Assembly (NCBI GenBank): GCA_938030745.1 | Contig: CALHIP010000026.1 | Coordinates: forward strand, 16,404 to 80,403 | Reading direction: 5' to 3' | DNA length: 64,000 nt | From: an uncultured Patescibacteria group bacterium | Lineage (GTDB): Bacteria > Patescibacteriota > Patescibacteriia > UBA2591 > CALHIP01 | Shown: piece by piece, positions 9,324 to 17,584 of the stretch | How positions within the stretch are numbered: position 1 is the stretch's first letter | Layout: every line of letters starts with the position of its first letter | Translations under genes and position numbers: made by a program | Notes under the pieces: model-generated | Told to the model about the DNA's origin: nothing | The model's database searches: none | What the model saw: only the letters and a program-made list of their open reading frames with translations

Positions 9324-9761
9324 TCAACTTGTCTTGACTCTGAAAGGCTTTTCTACTCCTAATCTTTCTAAAATAAATAAATAGATCACTCGGGCTAAAA
9401 TAATGATAACTAAACCAAGAATTGCTTCTTTAATTAAATTTTTTGCTTTTTTAATCTGTTCTTCATTTGCTGAACCAGTTATCCATAAAAAGCCACCATA
9501 AATAATAATAATAATAAAAATAACACCAATAAAAGTTAAAAGATAGTTAATAATTTTAACAATTGTCATTATTGGATCTGTCTCTGTTGGAAGCTCTGGC
9601 ATTTCTTTAGTTACCTCTCCCCAGACTTTTTTTAAAAGATTTAAAGTTCGTTCTTCTACTGGTGTTTGAGCAAAACTTTGGGATAAAGATGAAAAAACAA
9701 AAAGAAGAAAAATCAGCCAAAAAAGAATTATTTTAAATTTTTTAAAGGCAGTAATTTTCAT
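9324..9761 (-). CDS. Pilin-like secreted protein with two-TM core (TrbC/VirB2-like T4SS-pilin family), paralog A
   Basis: Signal peptide MKITAFKKFKIILFWLIFLLFVFSSLSQSFA. Core IINYLLTFIGVIFIIIIIYGGFLWITGSANEEQIKKAKN plus a second TM helix. Confidence 0.55.
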   Translation of the reverse strand: MKITAFKKFKIILFWLIFLLFVFSSLSQSFAQTPVEERTLNLLKKVWGEVTKEMPELPTETDPIMTIVKIINYLLTFIGVIFIIIIIYGGFLWITGSANEEQIKKAKNLIKEAILGLVIIILARVIYLFILERLGVEKPFRVKTS

Positions 9762-9766
9762 ATTTT

Positions 9767-10183
9767 TTATTTAGGCTGGAAAGAAGCAAGGCCGTGTAGT
9801 CGGCTAATTACAAAAGCAGTAATTGTATAGGCAAAAAGAATAACAAGTAAACCAACAAGAGCATAAGTCAAAGTTTTTTTTGCTTTTCCAACTTTTTCTT
9901 CATTACCACCAGCGGTCATCCAAAGGTAACCACTGTAAATAATCATACAAACTGCTATCACTCCTAAAAAAGATAAAAGATATTGAATAATATTAAAAAC
10001 AATTTCAAGAATATCTCCTTTTTCAAGAATTGGTGTTCCTTCAATTAATTCAGATTCATAATCTGATGGTGAGGGAGGTTCTTCTTGAGCTAATAAAATT
10101 TGATTCGGCAAGAAAAAAAATAATAAGAAAATAATAAAACTTTTAAGGAAGATTGATTTCCTCTTATTATTTTTTTTAATCAT
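9767..10183 (-). CDS. Pilin-like protein, paralog B
   Basis: Signal peptide. Core IIQYLLSFLGVIAVCMIIYSGYLWMTAGGNEEKVGKAKK plus a second TM helix. Confidence 0.55.
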   Translation of the reverse strand: MIKKNNKRKSIFLKSFIIFLLFFFLPNQILLAQEEPPSPSDYESELIEGTPILEKGDILEIVFNIIQYLLSFLGVIAVCMIIYSGYLWMTAGGNEEKVGKAKKTLTYALVGLLVILFAYTITAFVISRLHGLASFQPK

Positions 10184-10269
10184 TTTTATATAGAGAAAGA
10201 GTCAGAATTTTCTTTAAAGAAAATCTAAAACTTTTTCCTTGCTTCTTTCTTCAATTTTAAAATCAGAAA

Positions 10270-10632
10270 TTAGGCAAAAGCTCTCAATTGACTGATGACG
10301 AATGAAGCAAGAGCAAAGGCAAGTAAAACAACAATTAAACCAATTAAACCTTGAATTAGGACTTTTTTTGCTTTTCCAACTTTTTCTTCATTACCACCAG
10401 CAGTCATCCACATAAATCCACCAATAATAATCACTACTAAAGCAACTACACCTAAAAAGGCAAGAACATACTGGATAGCAGTAAAGATAATTTTAATTAG
10501 ATCGGCGTTTTTTAAGACTGGCGTCGGTGCAACAAGATTGTTCATCCATTCTTCCCAATTATTAACTTGAGCAAAAACTATAGCTGGTAGAACTAAAAGA
10601 GTTAAGCTTAAAGGTAAAATTAATTTTTTCAT
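10270..10632 (-). CDS. Pilin-like protein, paralog C
   Basis: Signal peptide MKKLILPLSLTLLVLPAIVFA. Core AIQYVLAFLGVVALVVIIIGGFMWMTAGGNEEKVGKAKK. GGAGGG RBS upstream. Confidence 0.55.
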   Translation of the reverse strand: MKKLILPLSLTLLVLPAIVFAQVNNWEEWMNNLVAPTPVLKNADLIKIIFTAIQYVLAFLGVVALVVIIIGGFMWMTAGGNEEKVGKAKKVLIQGLIGLIVVLLAFALASFVISQLRAFA

Positions 10633-10750
10633 ATTTTTTCTTTTTTACTTAACCCTCCAACACACTTAAATATTCATTTACTCGACCTTTTATTATTTTT
10701 ATTATTCATCTTTAAAAATAAAAAGTCAAGAAAGGTTATCCACAAGTTAA

Positions 10751-11104
10751 TTATTTCGGCTGTTCGATAAATTTTTTAATAATGAAAGTCACTAATGAAT
10801 AGGAGAAAAAGACAATGGCTAAACCAAGAGTTGCCCAAACTAATGTATTTTTTCCTTTTTTGACTTGTTCAACGTTGCCACCAGAAGTCATCCAGAGAAT
10901 ACCACCATAAATAAACATAATTAAAGCTAAAACACCAACAATGCCTAAAACAAGTTTAATCGCATTGGCAATGATTTGATACATCTCAAGATTGCCAAGG
11001 GGAGAAGGAAGTTCTTCTTGGGCAAAAATAGGTCTAATAAAATTAAAAAGTAAAAAGTAAAAAGTAAAAATGGTAAGAATAATTATTTTTTTAGAAAGAG
11101 ACAT
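10751..11104 (-). CDS. Pilin-like protein, paralog D (start trimmed to the Met of signal peptide MSLSKKIIILTIFTFYFLLFNFIRPIFA)
   Basis: The listed ORF 10751..11212 overlaps the upstream paralog by about 100 nt. The internal ATG at 11102-11104 gives a canonical signal peptide and a 10-nt intergenic gap. Core YGGILWMTSGGNVEQVKKGKN. Confidence 0.5.
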   Translation of the reverse strand: MSLSKKIIILTIFTFYFLLFNFIRPIFAQEELPSPLGNLEMYQIIANAIKLVLGIVGVLALIMFIYGGILWMTSGGNVEQVKKGKNTLVWATLGLAIVFFSYSLVTFIIKKFIEQPK

Positions 11105-11114
11105 AAATTTAAAA

Positions 11115-11567
11115 CTATTCTGATTTTTTTTCTTCGGTAGTAGGAAAAACATACCATTTTTTAGAGCCGAAAATCTCACAGGACTGAAGAATCTGACCTT
11201 TTGAAAGACCACAAATAATTATATTGACAATATACCAGGAAAGAAAAACAATCATCAAGCCAAATAAAGTACCAATTAAAATTTGTTTTCCTCTTTTCAC
11301 TCTTAAAGGGTTTCCGCCTGAAGTTATCCAGATTATACCACCAACAATGAAAAAGATCAAAGCAAGAACTCCAATTATTCCTAAAAGAAAAAGAGAAACA
11401 CCTCTAGCTAATCTTAAAAAATCAATTAATTGACAATTGCCTTCTTCCCGACACTCCAAACTTACTTCCTTAAGGATATACCATTCAGCAGCGGAAACAG
11501 ATCTAAGAAATAAAAGAGGAAAAATAATCAATAATAAACCAGCGATTAATAAATTCTTTTTTTTCAT
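11115..11567 (-). CDS. Pilin-like protein, paralog E (Cys-containing N-terminal ectodomain)
   Basis: Signal peptide MKKKNLLIAGLLLIIFPLLFLRSVSA. Core LGIIGVLALIFFIVGGIIWITSGGNPLRVKRGKQ plus a second TM helix. Confidence 0.5.
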   Translation of the reverse strand: MKKKNLLIAGLLLIIFPLLFLRSVSAAEWYILKEVSLECREEGNCQLIDFLRLARGVSLFLLGIIGVLALIFFIVGGIIWITSGGNPLRVKRGKQILIGTLFGLMIVFLSWYIVNIIICGLSKGQILQSCEIFGSKKWYVFPTTEEKKSE

Positions 11568-11572
11568 AAAAT

Positions 11573-12958
11573 TTATTTTATTGTTTGATTTATTTTTAAA
11601 ACAGCAAAATTAATTGCCTCTTTATAGGTTTTTTTACCATCAATGACATCATTAATCATTTCCTTCATCGCTTCTTCCATTAAAAGAGCATTTTTACCTT
11701 TATACCAAGAAAAAGCAGTTAAAGATTGACTGGCGAAAACTTCTAAATCAGGATCTTTCATTTGTTCAACAATTAAGCTTCTTAAAGCTGTTGGTTTTTT
11801 AGTTTTAAGAAGATAACCAACAGGATTTAAGGCAGAAAATTTTAAAAATGCCCAAGCTAAATCTTTATTTTCACTTTTTTTTGAAACAACCTGAACTTGA
11901 TAATGAGCGAAATTTATTTCTTTAATTGTTCCTTCTGGTTGAGGCATTTTAGCAATTCCTAAAGGAATGTTTGGTCCTTGGCTTCTAATTAAAGGAAGGT
12001 GATAGGCATAACCGAAGAAAAAAGCTAATTTTCCTTGAGTAAAAAGTTCTAAAGCTCTTGGCATTTCTTTATTCCAAGTATAGATTTCTTTATTTTTATC
12101 TTGAAAATCAGTATAAAATCTTAATGCCTCTTCTGCTGGAAAATAATTTGGATCACCAGCTAATGGCTGGTTAAAAGTAGCAAAACCATCTGGATTACTC
12201 ATTGAAGTTCCAACCTGCATCATTAACAATGATAAAATATCAGTTGGTCTTTCAATATTATTAGTAGTCCCTAAAGCAGCTCCTGCTTGATAAATATTTC
12301 CTTCTTTATCAATTAAAGTTAATTTTTTTACTTGTTGAATAAATTCTTCCCAAGTTTTTGGTGGTAAAGGAATTTTTGCTACATCTAGAAGATCCCGATT
12401 ATAATATAAAACTAAAGTATCAAAACTTAAAGGAAGACCATAAATTTTATTATTAATCACAACATCTTTTTCAACCTGAGCAACAAACAACTTTGATAAA
12501 TCTTCAACTCTTAAAAGTTTTTCTTCTTTTGTTAAAATCTTTCTTTTTTTAAAACAGCCTGGGCCTGTTTCAATTTCTTTTTTTAAAAAAACACTATTTG
12601 GCATTGGTTCAAGCCATTCTTTGGCATATTCTCTTATCCAAGTATTAGGTAAAGAAAAAATATCAGGGCCAACTCCTTTTGCCCAAGCCTCAATTAAAGC
12701 ATCTTTGTATTCTTCATACCGAAGTTTTCTCACGTTAATATTAACATGAGGATAAACAGCTTGAAATTGACTAATCAAAGGAGAAAAATCAGATGGTTCT
12801 TCCCAAATTACCCACCAATTTAAAGTAACTGGCGGTAAAATTGGCTTTTTAGCTGGTGCTCCTGGCATTGGCAACTGAGGAATCTGGCTTTCTACTTTCG
12901 CTCCAAAGATAAGAAAGAAAAAAATTAAAGATAAGAGGAAAATTTTAACTAACCGCAT
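11573..12958 (-). CDS. ABC-transporter family-1 extracellular solute-binding protein (sugar/oligosaccharide type); no cognate permease or ATPase nearby
   Basis: 461 aa with an N-terminal signal/anchor sequence. The overall pattern NWWVIWEEP…GPDIF…W matches the SBP_bac_1 family. Confidence 0.6.
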   Translation of the reverse strand: MRLVKIFLLSLIFFFLIFGAKVESQIPQLPMPGAPAKKPILPPVTLNWWVIWEEPSDFSPLISQFQAVYPHVNINVRKLRYEEYKDALIEAWAKGVGPDIFSLPNTWIREYAKEWLEPMPNSVFLKKEIETGPGCFKKRKILTKEEKLLRVEDLSKLFVAQVEKDVVINNKIYGLPLSFDTLVLYYNRDLLDVAKIPLPPKTWEEFIQQVKKLTLIDKEGNIYQAGAALGTTNNIERPTDILSLLMMQVGTSMSNPDGFATFNQPLAGDPNYFPAEEALRFYTDFQDKNKEIYTWNKEMPRALELFTQGKLAFFFGYAYHLPLIRSQGPNIPLGIAKMPQPEGTIKEINFAHYQVQVVSKKSENKDLAWAFLKFSALNPVGYLLKTKKPTALRSLIVEQMKDPDLEVFASQSLTAFSWYKGKNALLMEEAMKEMINDVIDGKKTYKEAINFAVLKINQTIK

Positions 12959-12967
12959 AAATTTGAT

Positions 12968-13828
12968 TTATAATTTTAAAATTTTTTTAAGATCTTTTTG
13001 AATTTCTGGATGTTTTAATCCTATTTCAATATTTGCTTTTAGCCAACCAATTTTATTTCCGCAGGAAAGCCATTCCCCTTGATATTGATAAGCATAAATT
13101 TCAATTCCTTTTTCTAATAAAATTTTTAAAGCGTCAGTTAAATAAATTTCTTGGCCTGGTTTTATTTTTTTTGATCTTAAATTTTCTAAAGGCTGAAAAA
13201 TTTCCGGAGTTAAAATATAGCGACCGGTAATCGCTAAATTTGATGGTGCTTGGGAAATTTTCGGTTTTTCAATTACATCTAAAACTTTAAAAATTCTTTT
13301 TTCTATTCTTTTTCCTTTTATTATACCATAAGAAGATACTTCTTTTTTTAAAACAGGATGAACAGCTAAAACAATTTTTTTATATTTTTGATAAACCTCT
13401 ATTAATTGTCTAAGACAAGGAATCTTACTTTCGATAACATCATCAGCAAAGAATAAAGCAAATGGTTCATTCTTAACTTTATTTTTTACACATAAGATAG
13501 CATCACCAATTCCTAAAGGTTTTTTTTGATAAAGATAGGTAATCTTTGAGATGTTTGTTTTTTCTATTTCTTTTAAAAGATCGAATTTTTTCCTTTTAAC
13601 TAAAATATATTCTAATTTTTTATTTTTTTTAAAATAATCTTTAATATTTTCTTTTTCTTTTGAAATAACCAAGATAATATTCTTGATTCCTGAATTAAAT
13701 ATCTCTTCAATTAAATATTGAAGAACTGGTTTATCAACTAAAGGAAGCATCTCTTTAGGAAACGCCTTAGTGATAGGTAAAAACCTTGTTCCTAAACCGG
13801 CTGCTAAAATAACAGCTTTTTTGATCAT
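12968..13828 (-). CDS. galU: UTP--glucose-1-phosphate uridylyltransferase
   Basis: KAVILAAGLGTRFLPITKAFPKEMLPLVDKPVLQY is the canonical GalU N-terminus. Confidence 0.85.
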   Translation of the reverse strand: MIKKAVILAAGLGTRFLPITKAFPKEMLPLVDKPVLQYLIEEIFNSGIKNIILVISKEKENIKDYFKKNKKLEYILVKRKKFDLLKEIEKTNISKITYLYQKKPLGIGDAILCVKNKVKNEPFALFFADDVIESKIPCLRQLIEVYQKYKKIVLAVHPVLKKEVSSYGIIKGKRIEKRIFKVLDVIEKPKISQAPSNLAITGRYILTPEIFQPLENLRSKKIKPGQEIYLTDALKILLEKGIEIYAYQYQGEWLSCGNKIGWLKANIEIGLKHPEIQKDLKKILKL

Positions 13829-16485
13829 AATCTTTTTTCAACTCTTATTTTACCTCCTTTTTCTAAAATAACAAGATCCCGCCGAGAGATTTTGCCAGTT
13901 AAAAGATAGTTAGCAATCGCATCATTAACTTTTTCCTGAATAACCCTTTTTAATTCTCTAGCGCCAAAAACAGGATCAAACCCTTCTTGAGCTAGTTCAT
14001 CAATTGCCTCTTCAGTAACTAAAAGATTAATTCCTTTTGTTTCAAGTGTCTTTGCTAATTTACTAAGAAGAAGTCTGGTAATCTCTTTTAACTCGTTTAT
14101 TCCTAAAGATTTAAAAATAATTATTCCATCAAAACGATTTAAAAATTCAGGTTTAAAATATGGTAAGAGTTTTTCCTTAATAAAAACTTCTTTAATTTCA
14201 TCAATTGTTTTGCCTTGGCGAAGTTGTTCTTGAAGCCAATCAGAGGCAGCATTTGAAGTCCCAATTAAAATTAAATTGGTAAAATCAACTGTTCTACCTT
14301 GCCAATCAGTTAGTCGACCATCATCCATCACTTGTAAGAAAAGATTTAAAACATCTGGATGAGCTTTTTCAATTTCATCTAAAAGTAAAAGAGTAAAAGG
14401 GGTTTTTCTGACTGCCTCAGTTAGAACTCCTCTTGGCTCAGTTGAACAACCAATTAGTCGACCAATTGATTCTTTTGTCTGAAATTCACTCATATCCAAT
14501 CTAATCATTTTTTTCTCAGAACCAAAATAAATATCAGCAACTGTTTTTGCTAGTTCTGTTTTACCAACACCGGTAGGACCTAAAAATAAAAGATTGACAA
14601 TTGGTCTTTTTAATTCTCTTAATTCTGTCCTTGCTCTTCTGATAGCTGTTGCTACTGCTTTAACTGCTTCTTCTTGATCAATAATTCGTTGATGAATTTT
14701 TGCTTCTAATTCTAAAAGTATCTCTCTTTCTTCTCGACTAATTTTCTCGGGTGGAATGCCTGTCTTTTTTGCCACCAATTCAGCAACATCATCTTTTAAA
14801 ACAAATGAGTTTTTCCCTTTTTTATTTTTAACATAAATAGCTACTTCTTCAAGTAAAGAAATTGCTTTATCTGGTAAAAACTTCTCAGCTAAATATCTTA
14901 AAGAAAGTTCAACGGCATTAACTAAACTTTGATAAGAAAAGAAAACTTTGTTTTTTGCTTCTAAAAGGGCGACTTTTGCCATACAGATTAAAACTGCTGT
15001 ATTTTTATCCGGCTCGTTAACTGAAACTTTAGCTAATTTTTGACCTAAAGCTGAATCTTCTAAATATCTTTCATAAGAACCAGAAATTGAGCTAGCTAGG
15101 ACCAAACAATATCCTTTCTCAATAGCTTCAGCTAAAATTTCAGAAGCATCTAATTCACCTTCAGTTGTTTTTATTCCAACTAAATTATGAACATCTTTGA
15201 TAAACAAAACAATATTGCCAGCCTTAATAATTTCAAAAATAATTCTTTGAATCCTTTCTTCAATTTCACCTGGCCTTTCCGCACCAGCAACTAAACGACT
15301 GATGCTTAAACTAACTAATCTTTTATCAGATAAAATTGATGGTACCTCTTCAGCAACCATTTTTCTAGCTAAACCTTCAATAATAGTTGTTTTCCCAACG
15401 CCTGGTGGGCCAACTAAAACTATTCCTCTTTTTCCACCTTCTAACAATCTAAAAATTTCTTCAAATTCTTTTTCTCGATCAAGACAAACACCTAGATACC
15501 CTCTTTTTGCTAACTCAGTTAAATCAGAAGAAAAACTATCTAAAAATGGCGTTTGAACAGCAGTCATAGCAATGTTCATTGGTCCTTTTCTTTTTATCGC
15601 TGCTCCAGATAAAACCATTTGCCAATCTTTTCTTATTTCTTCATAAACTTCTTTCCAGACAATAACATTTTTTAAATCTTCAGGTTTTACTTCAAAATCA
15701 TCAAAAATGATTTTTGTTGGTTCATAATCAGAAGAAAGAAAAGGAAAAACTTCAAGAGGAGAGATAAGATCCTTTTTCTTTTTATATGCCTCTATTCCTG
15801 CTTTGATCAATATTTTTTTAGTCTCCAAAGAAAAACTCACTTTTCTTTTTTCTTTATAAAAATTAATTTTTGCTAAGAATTGTGAGATTTTTTCTTTCAT
15901 TTTAAACCAGGGAATTCCTAAACGAGTTAAAATAATCATTCCTTCTTCTTGTTGAAGAAGACCGACAAAAAGATGGATTGGTTCTATTTTGAAATGGTTT
16001 AGTTTTTTCGCTAAAAGAAAACTTTGGGAAATTGCTCGATCTAAAGATTTTGTTAAAAAATCATTAAGATTAATTTTTTCTTTTTTTAAAAAATATTGGC
16101 TAAGCAATTTCTTTTCTTTTTCTTGATCTTTAAGATAAATAAGGAAAAGCCAGGCTAATAAAGAAAGCCAAAAGATAAAGATTAATGAATCTTGATTAAT
16201 ATTTATAAAAATTGAGAAATTAATTTTAGCTTTTGGGATCAAAACTTGAGAAAGACAAATCAATCCGAAAAGGCCAAAAAGAATAAGAAAAATTTTAAAG
16301 AGAATTTTAAAGATTTTTTTTATTTTCTCAATTATAAACAAAAAAGTTGAAATTTCTCGGTCGAAAAAAATGGTTTTATCTAAAAAAGAAAACCAAACAC
16401 CTGTTCCTAAACAAACTGGACAAATTTTTCCTTCTTTTTCTCCTTCGCCCAAACAGACTGAGCAAAGATTTAATTCTTCGTTCAT
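13825..16485 (-). CDS. ClpC/ClpB-family double AAA+ ATPase with N-terminal DnaJ-type zinc ribbon and two TM helices
   Basis: CSVCLGEGEKEGKICPVCLGTG is two CxxCxGxG repeats. Two TM helices and one Clp_N-like repeat follow. Walker A sites are GPPGVGKT and GPTGVGKT, with the sensor region DEIEKAHPDVLNLFLQVMDDGRLTD. Confidence 0.8.
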   Translation of the reverse strand: MNEELNLCSVCLGEGEKEGKICPVCLGTGVWFSFLDKTIFFDREISTFLFIIEKIKKIFKILFKIFLILFGLFGLICLSQVLIPKAKINFSIFININQDSLIFIFWLSLLAWLFLIYLKDQEKEKKLLSQYFLKKEKINLNDFLTKSLDRAISQSFLLAKKLNHFKIEPIHLFVGLLQQEEGMIILTRLGIPWFKMKEKISQFLAKINFYKEKRKVSFSLETKKILIKAGIEAYKKKKDLISPLEVFPFLSSDYEPTKIIFDDFEVKPEDLKNVIVWKEVYEEIRKDWQMVLSGAAIKRKGPMNIAMTAVQTPFLDSFSSDLTELAKRGYLGVCLDREKEFEEIFRLLEGGKRGIVLVGPPGVGKTTIIEGLARKMVAEEVPSILSDKRLVSLSISRLVAGAERPGEIEERIQRIIFEIIKAGNIVLFIKDVHNLVGIKTTEGELDASEILAEAIEKGYCLVLASSISGSYERYLEDSALGQKLAKVSVNEPDKNTAVLICMAKVALLEAKNKVFFSYQSLVNAVELSLRYLAEKFLPDKAISLLEEVAIYVKNKKGKNSFVLKDDVAELVAKKTGIPPEKISREEREILLELEAKIHQRIIDQEEAVKAVATAIRRARTELRELKRPIVNLLFLGPTGVGKTELAKTVADIYFGSEKKMIRLDMSEFQTKESIGRLIGCSTEPRGVLTEAVRKTPFTLLLLDEIEKAHPDVLNLFLQVMDDGRLTDWQGRTVDFTNLILIGTSNAASDWLQEQLRQGKTIDEIKEVFIKEKLLPYFKPEFLNRFDGIIIFKSLGINELKEITRLLLSKLAKTLETKGINLLVTEEAIDELAQEGFDPVFGARELKRVIQEKVNDAIANYLLTGKISRRDLVILEKGGKIRVEKRL

Positions 16486-16868
16486 ATGATTGGATAAATT
16501 AAGAAATAATGGCAGAAATTAAATAAATAGCAAATAATTTTATAAAAAATCAATGGTAAGAGAATAAGATAGAAAATAAAAATAATCAGGCAGATAAAAG
16601 AAGCAAGAATAATTTTGAAAATATAAAAAGAAAGGTGGATGACTCTCATAAAAAAACTAATGATCCGACCTTCTCTTGAATAATCGCCATACATTGGTTT
16701 GAAAAGATTGGCAATTAAAATTTTTAAAACAATTGGATTTGAAATTTCAAGGATTGTTCTTCTCAAGAAATTGAAAAATTTGACTAATCCTTTAGAATAC
16801 CACCATAATGGAAAATAAAGAATGAGGACTAAAGGTTCTAAAATAAAAGTTTTAAAAATAATATCCAT
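16482..16868 (-). CDS. Small polytopic membrane protein, unknown function
   Basis: 128 aa with 3-4 hydrophobic helices. Translationally coupled between yidC and the clp-like gene (ATGA overlap). Confidence 0.4.
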   Translation of the reverse strand: MDIIFKTFILEPLVLILYFPLWWYSKGLVKFFNFLRRTILEISNPIVLKILIANLFKPMYGDYSREGRIISFFMRVIHLSFYIFKIILASFICLIIFIFYLILLPLIFYKIICYLFNFCHYFLIYPII

Positions 16869-16870
16869 AT

Positions 16871-17584
16871 TTACTGTCTTTTAAAGAGAAAAGTTTGTTG
16901 AAAGATGGTTAAAATTAAATTGACTAACCAATAAAGAACTAAACCACTTGGTAAACCTAAGCTAATAACAAATGTAAAAATAGGCATCATTACCTTCATT
17001 TGTTTATTAAGAACTCCCATCACTGACTCATTTTCCTTTCTTTTTTCTTTTGGCATCTTGACTAATGATCTTTTTGTTTCAAACATTTTTATTTGAAAAT
17101 ATTGAAAAAGGCCAGTTAATAAAGCTAAAGAAAAATTTTTTTCAGCTAAATTAAACAATCCAAAAGCAACTAAATTAAGTTGTCCTGGGTTTTTTATAAA
17201 TGGATAAAGAGGTAAAGTTTGACTAAAAAGACCAGTTCTGAAAACTTGATAGACAGCAATAAGAATTGGTAATTGGATGATTAAAAAGAAGAAGGGAGAG
17301 AATGGATTAATTTTATAAGTTTTATAAAGCTGAATTGTTTCCTGAGCAAGTTTTACTTTATCATAAGAAAATTTTTTCTTGATTTCTTCTAATTTCGGTT
17401 GAAGTTCGGCTAAAGATTTTTGAACTCTAATTTGTGAAAGAGATAAAGGATATAAAATTAGTTTAACAAAGATTGTTAAGAAAATAATTGATAAACCTAA
17501 ATCATAAAAACCAATAGTTTGATAGAAAAAGATTAAAAGATTTAAAAGAGGTTGATAAAAAATGAGGTTAAAAATTTTAATCAT
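16871..17584 (-). CDS. yidC: Membrane protein insertase YidC (short, Gram-positive-type)
   Basis: YQTIGFYDLGLSIIFLTIFVKLILYPLS, an amphipathic helix, and C-terminal LPSGLVLYWLVNLILTIFQQ. Confidence 0.8.
   Translation of the reverse strand: MIKIFNLIFYQPLLNLLIFFYQTIGFYDLGLSIIFLTIFVKLILYPLSLSQIRVQKSLAELQPKLEEIKKKFSYDKVKLAQETIQLYKTYKINPFSPFFFLIIQLPILIAVYQVFRTGLFSQTLPLYPFIKNPGQLNLVAFGLFNLAEKNFSLALLTGLFQYFQIKMFETKRSLVKMPKEKRKENESVMGVLNKQMKVMMPIFTFVISLGLPSGLVLYWLVNLILTIFQQTFLFKRQ

Noticed and set aside
10184-10269. Imperfect AT-rich palindrome AGAATTTTCTTTAAAGAAAATCT between pilin paralogs B and C as a terminator
   Set aside because: The stem is entirely A/T with mismatches and no flanking T-run on the minus strand. 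It is too weak to call, and the genes are probably co-transcribed.
10736-10744. Perfect DnaA box TTATCCACA in the spacer between pilin paralogs C and D
   Set aside because: It is a single isolated copy with no cluster of boxes, AT-rich DUE or dnaA gene nearby. dnaN at 25289 is not preceded by dnaA or box clusters either. It is most likely chance in an AT-rich genome.
11040-11075. Short tandem repeat (TAAAAAG)x3-4
   Set aside because: It lies inside the signal-peptide coding region of pilin paralog D and encodes FTFYFLLF. It is low-complexity coding sequence, not a regulatory or CRISPR-like repeat.
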